DNA from: Candidatus Bilamarchaeaceae archaeon
GTDB taxonomy: Archaea; Micrarchaeota; Micrarchaeia; Anstonellales; Bilamarchaeaceae
Length of the DNA: 64,000 nucleotides
Assembly (NCBI GenBank): GCA_038870635.1
Contig: JAVZJR010000001.1
Span: forward strand, 180,839 to 244,838
Direction of reading: 5' to 3'
The notes beneath the pieces were generated by a model. The model was not told the origin of the DNA, did not search any database, and was given only the letters and a program-made list of their open reading frames with translations. This document shows, piece by piece, positions 59,909 to 64,000 of the stretch. The stretch's first letter is position 1; each line of letters begins with the position of its first letter. The position numbers and the translations under genes were made by a program.

Positions 59909-59980
59909 GCGGCCGTAGTCTAGCGGTTAGGATTCGGGCCTTCCAAGCCTGCGACTCGGGTTCAAATCCCGACGGCCGCA
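59909..59980 (+). tRNA. tRNA-Gly(UCC)
   Basis: GCGGCCG/CGGCCGC acceptor; CGGGC-CT-TCC-AA-GCCTG anticodon arm. Confidence 0.93.
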
Positions 59981-60028
59981 TTTTTAAATAGATAATTGTT
60001 TAAAATATGTCTAATAATTTACATAACG

Positions 60029-62326
60029 ATGATAAAACAGATAACTATCAAAAATTGGCGTTCACACGAAAATACCCAATTAACATTTGGAACAGGCACA
60101 AACTTGCTCGTTGGGATAATGGGAAGCGGAAAAACGTCAGTTCTTGACGCTATAAGTTTTGCGCTTTTTGGTACATTTCCAGCTCTTGAGAGAAGACAAT
60201 TGAAGTTAGAAGACATAATAAGGTATAATACAAATGAAACGAAAGTATCCCTTATTTTTGAATGGAATGGAAGTGAATACAAAGTAGATAGAAAAATAGA
60301 AAAGAAAAATAACAGAATAACATCAAAGGCAGATATTTACCGTGATGGTTCGCTTTTAGATAGCGGTTCAACCGCAGTCACTGAAGTTATAGAAGAAGTT
60401 CTCGATATTGATTACGATCTATTTACACGAGCGATATACTCTGAACAGAACAACATAGATTATTTTCTCTCTTTAGATCCAAAAAAAAGAAAGGACGAAT
60501 TTGATAGAATACTGGGGTTAGACCGATTTGAAAAAGCACGAGCCGCAACTGTTTCTATCGCAAATAGGCTTGAAAGCGTAGTCCGCTCGCTAACAGATAG
60601 ATATGATGAGAATAAAGAAAAGGAGATAAAAGAAAACATAAGAAAAACAGCTGAAAAAGAAGAAGAATTAAGCAAGGAGATAACCACTATAAAAAAGAAA
60701 AACGATGAAATAAAAAAAGAAGTTTTAGAACTTAAGGGTGCCTTTGAATTATTAGAAAAAAATAAGAGAACAGCGGAAGTACTATCAAAAGAATTGGCGT
60801 CCCTTCAAGGGCAAGTGGTAAGTTTAGAGAAGGGATTAACTAAAATCGAAGAAAAGGTATATAGTGAAAAAAAGCGAATTGTTGAACAATTGAGGAAAAA
60901 AAGAGAATTGTTACAGCAAAAGATAAATGAAAACAAAAGAATAGAAGTTGAAATAAATAAAAAAATAGCTTTTATCGAAGCAAAAGTAAAAGAAGTTGAA
61001 CAGAGAGCAATGCGTTTAGAAAAATTAAGAAGTATGCTAAACCAACTCCTGAATGGAAAGAGTAAAGATGAAATCATAAAAAGGCTAAATGAATCAAAAA
61101 GAGAGTTGGAGGATAAAAATTCCCAACGGGCCGCACTATTACAAATCATAACGCAAACAAGAGAACTGTTAAAGCACCTCTCATCGGCTGGTAATAAATG
61201 TCCTCTTTGTGAAACTGCTCTTGGAGCTGAAGGAATAGAAAAAGTAAGAAGAAAAAAAGAAGAAGAAATAAAAAATGCTGAAAAAAAAGCGAAAGAAATC
61301 TTAGAAGTAACGATCGCACTACAAGAAGAAAATAAAAAGATCGATGAAAATTTAAGAAAAATAGAATTAATAGAACAGCAGATTAAAAGCGAGGAGCAAC
61401 AACTAATCGATAAAGAAGAGTTTGATAAAGAAAAGGAAACACTCAAAAAACAACTCGACGAAGTGCTAAAACTAACGTTTGGGTTAGAAAACGAAAGCAA
61501 AAAATTACAACAAGAGATAGAAAAAGAAGCAGTAGAAATAAACAAAATGGAAGAAATGATTAGAAGAGAGACAATGATAAATGAGATAAAGAAAAAAATT
61601 TTAGAAGTAGAAGAAAAACAAAAAAAAGTAAAATACAACGAAGAAGAATACACAAGTAAAAGAAAAGAGTTAGAGGAAAAAAGAATAGAAGAGCAAAAAC
61701 TTCAGGCTAAAATAGAATATTTAGAAAAAGAGAAAAAAATGTTAGAGGAAAATAAAAAAACATTTGAAACACAGCTCAATGATATGTTAATGATAAAAAA
61801 TAGAGCATTGGTTACAAAGGAAGTTGTAGAAGAATTAAAAATTTACAAAAACGCTCTTCTTGAAACCCAAATAGAGTTAAGAAGAGAGCTCATAGACGCG
61901 ATAAACAATGCAATGAATGAGATATGGCGTATTTTCTATCCCTATGGAAACTATAAAGCACTAAGAATCAACATAACAGAAAAAGACTACGTATTTGAAG
62001 TTCTTGAAAACAATGAATGGAAAACACTTGAAAGTACAGCAAGCGGTGGGGAAAGAGCATGCGCCGCCCTTACGATACGAGCAGCACTTGCAATGGTACT
62101 AACACCGAATCTCAGTTGGTTGATATTAGATGAACCAACACACAATCTTGATTCGCAAGCAATAGCGCTTCTGTCGGAAACCCTTCAAACAAAAATGCCA
62201 CAAGTAGTAAAACAGATTTTTGTGATAACACATGAGGAAGCATTAATAGGCGCAGACTTCTCCAGAACATATAAATTAACAAGAGATAAAGAAAGTGGCG
62301 AAGCAACAAAAGTAGAAATGATTTAG
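60029..62326 (+). CDS. rad50: Rad50/SbcC-like SMC-family ATPase
   Basis: GIMGSGKTS, coiled coil with a CPLC zinc hook, SGGE, LILDEPT and ITH. Confidence 0.85.
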   Translation: MIKQITIKNWRSHENTQLTFGTGTNLLVGIMGSGKTSVLDAISFALFGTFPALERRQLKLEDIIRYNTNETKVSLIFEWNGSEYKVDRKIEKKNNRITSKADIYRDGSLLDSGSTAVTEVIEEVLDIDYDLFTRAIYSEQNNIDYFLSLDPKKRKDEFDRILGLDRFEKARAATVSIANRLESVVRSLTDRYDENKEKEIKENIRKTAEKEEELSKEITTIKKKNDEIKKEVLELKGAFELLEKNKRTAEVLSKELASLQGQVVSLEKGLTKIEEKVYSEKKRIVEQLRKKRELLQQKINENKRIEVEINKKIAFIEAKVKEVEQRAMRLEKLRSMLNQLLNGKSKDEIIKRLNESKRELEDKNSQRAALLQIITQTRELLKHLSSAGNKCPLCETALGAEGIEKVRRKKEEEIKNAEKKAKEILEVTIALQEENKKIDENLRKIELIEQQIKSEEQQLIDKEEFDKEKETLKKQLDEVLKLTFGLENESKKLQQEIEKEAVEINKMEEMIRRETMINEIKKKILEVEEKQKKVKYNEEEYTSKRKELEEKRIEEQKLQAKIEYLEKEKKMLEENKKTFETQLNDMLMIKNRALVTKEVVEELKIYKNALLETQIELRRELIDAINNAMNEIWRIFYPYGNYKALRINITEKDYVFEVLENNEWKTLESTASGGERACAALTIRAALAMVLTPNLSWLILDEPTHNLDSQAIALLSETLQTKMPQVVKQIFVITHEEALIGADFSRTYKLTRDKESGEATKVEMI

Positions 62327-62367
62327 AAACTATATAATTAAAATATTTTGATAAATAATATTATATT

Positions 62368-63174
62368 ATGGTATTAAAATTAATGAAAGAAGATGGACCA
62401 GAAAAGAAACACGCTCTTAGACAAACAATAAGAACACCTTTCTACAGCGCTCTTCTAAAACCTCTAAAAGAAGATATTGCAGAAATAACAGTATGCGCAG
62501 GGGATGGCGTATGTTGGCAGCAGCAAAAACTTGAACTTCCAATGGCTGATAAAAGATGCGTCTCGTTAATAATTGGAAGAATGAATAGGTATCTTTCAGA
62601 AGAAAAAAAGCATAACATTAATCTTATAGAAAACGAAGAACAAGTTACAACTATCGTTAACAATGCATTCGAAGAATATAGAAATCGCCTTATAAACTTA
62701 GAGAAAAAATTTTCTATTATAGAAAAAATACGAAAAGAAATAATTAATAATGCAATAAAAAAAGTGGCGCAAGAAAACCCTGATTATAAAACAGAACTTG
62801 AGGAGTACGGTAAGGAGTTAGCAGACGAAATAAAAAATCTCCACTATAAAAATAAATCAAAAATAAGTCAACAAATTAAATTAGAAACCGATCGGCTTTG
62901 GCTTATCCGGGACTTAATTTTTTCAGATAGCTATGGAATATACCCTCCAGTTTGGCTAGTAAGCATGCCAATGGAATATAGAAAGATATCAGCGCTAAGA
63001 ACCATAATTTCTATCAAAAAGGTAGATATGGGAAAAGTATTAGTCGACGCCTACTCTCTTGTCCCACCAAAAGAAAATTATAAGGGGTGGCACCTAACTG
63101 AATATAAAGATAGTATGGAGATTTTCATAGATGATGCTTTAATATTAGTACTTCATATGGGTTATAGCTGCTAA
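62368..63174 (+). CDS. Hypothetical protein
   Basis: 268-aa ORF with no recognised motif. Confidence 0.7.
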   Translation: MVLKLMKEDGPEKKHALRQTIRTPFYSALLKPLKEDIAEITVCAGDGVCWQQQKLELPMADKRCVSLIIGRMNRYLSEEKKHNINLIENEEQVTTIVNNAFEEYRNRLINLEKKFSIIEKIRKEIINNAIKKVAQENPDYKTELEEYGKELADEIKNLHYKNKSKISQQIKLETDRLWLIRDLIFSDSYGIYPPVWLVSMPMEYRKISALRTIISIKKVDMGKVLVDAYSLVPPKENYKGWHLTEYKDSMEIFIDDALILVLHMGYSC

Positions 63175-63186
63175 AAATGCGCTAAA

Positions 63187-63930
63187 CTACTCTGTTTCTA
63201 TTCTCGGCGCGAGATAATAAACAACAGAGGCGCCTTCTACAGAATATTCTAATTTCATTGGCTTATCTGTCTCAAGGTTTATTTTAATAGGAGAACTAGA
63301 AGGCGCGGCTTTAAGCATATCTTCAAGATATTGAAGTGGGAAGGTGGCTTTTGCATTTCCTGTTGTTTTTATTTCTAATACTTCATCTCCACCAACTTCA
63401 AACTCTTCTTTTATATCTCCACTATCTCCTTTAACTTCAACTACAAAGTCATTTGAATTTATGTTTAGGCGAACATGAGAACTAACAAGCTTTGCATCTT
63501 TTAAAACCTCTTTTAATGCATCTGCTTTGAGAACAGCATAGCTTTTGAAATCAATTTTTGGCTCTCTTTGCATCTTTTCACTTGTTTCTCTTAATGGCAC
63601 CTTAAACGTCCTTTTTCTTTTAGCTGCGTAAAACTTGACAATGAGCCTACCATCTTCTACAGAAAGTTCTGCCTTTTCCCCATTTTTTCCTCTTGAAAGA
63701 ACGCTAGCTAACTGGCTTATATCTATTCCGATTCGATTCTCTTCAGTTATTGAATATTCTTCGAATGCATTTTTAGGCATAGCAAAAGAAACCATTGAAA
63801 TTTGAGAAGGGTCCATTGCCTTCAGATAAAGACCATCTTTTGTTATCTCAAATTCCCCTTCCTCTACTATACTGACAATAGCATCTACTGCAGCTTTTAA
63901 AGCTGGAGCATTACTAACAACTAGTTTCAT
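63187..63930 (-). CDS. pcn: PCNA DNA sliding clamp
   Basis: AMDPSQISMV and C-terminal YYLAPRIE; 247 aa. Confidence 0.95.
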   Translation of the reverse strand: MKLVVSNAPALKAAVDAIVSIVEEGEFEITKDGLYLKAMDPSQISMVSFAMPKNAFEEYSITEENRIGIDISQLASVLSRGKNGEKAELSVEDGRLIVKFYAAKRKRTFKVPLRETSEKMQREPKIDFKSYAVLKADALKEVLKDAKLVSSHVRLNINSNDFVVEVKGDSGDIKEEFEVGGDEVLEIKTTGNAKATFPLQYLEDMLKAAPSSSPIKINLETDKPMKLEYSVEGASVVYYLAPRIETE

Positions 63931-64000
63931 TTTCCCACCTTGAACCTAATAGAACAAAAGGGAATATAAAGCTTCTCTCCTAAATTATTTTTGGTGGGCA

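Noticed and set aside
60805..61653. Long antisense ORFs (also 16045-16578 and 35284-35697)
   Set aside because: Shadow ORFs opposite well-supported genes, with S/F/L-rich antisense composition
59411..62326. DUF35 without a thiolase and Rad50 without Mre11 as novel systems
   Set aside because: Operon fragmentation is common in reduced archaeal genomes; the partners may be elsewhere and cannot be assessed from this window

Overview
Compact, AT-rich archaeal genome segment. The gene set (Nop5, SRP54, PCNA, uL16/L10e, archease, archaeal TrpRS, SerK, geranylgeranyl reductase) and the intron-rich tRNAs suggest a DPANN/Micrarchaeota-like archaeon (inference). Five features stand out against the housekeeping background. 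(1) A ~15 kb locus at 39.5-54.8 kb holds six tandem, translationally coupled paralogous polytopic membrane proteins resembling CedA/VirB6. It also has a 1507-aa Cys-rich lipoprotein and a divergent 1078-aa membrane protein. A seventh paralog, two VirB2-like pilins and a VirB11/TadA-like ATPase lie elsewhere in the window, together suggesting an expanded, chromosomal T4SS/Ced-like contact apparatus. (2) A family of modular 102-103 bp hairpin repeats occurs four times, each time directly at the 3' end of a tRNA gene or tRNA remnant and in the same relative orientation. (3) A ~0.7 kb tandem duplication of the pilin gene is identical except for a hypervariable C-terminal tip, and its breakpoint falls at a tRNA splice junction. 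(4) A 2 kb islet is flanked by direct repeats made of the tRNA 3' end plus the repeat element. (5) Eight full tRNAs are present, six with introns (three introns at non-canonical D-arm sites), including a rare tRNA-Ile(UAU). All functional calls come from motif recognition by eye; no database search was run.
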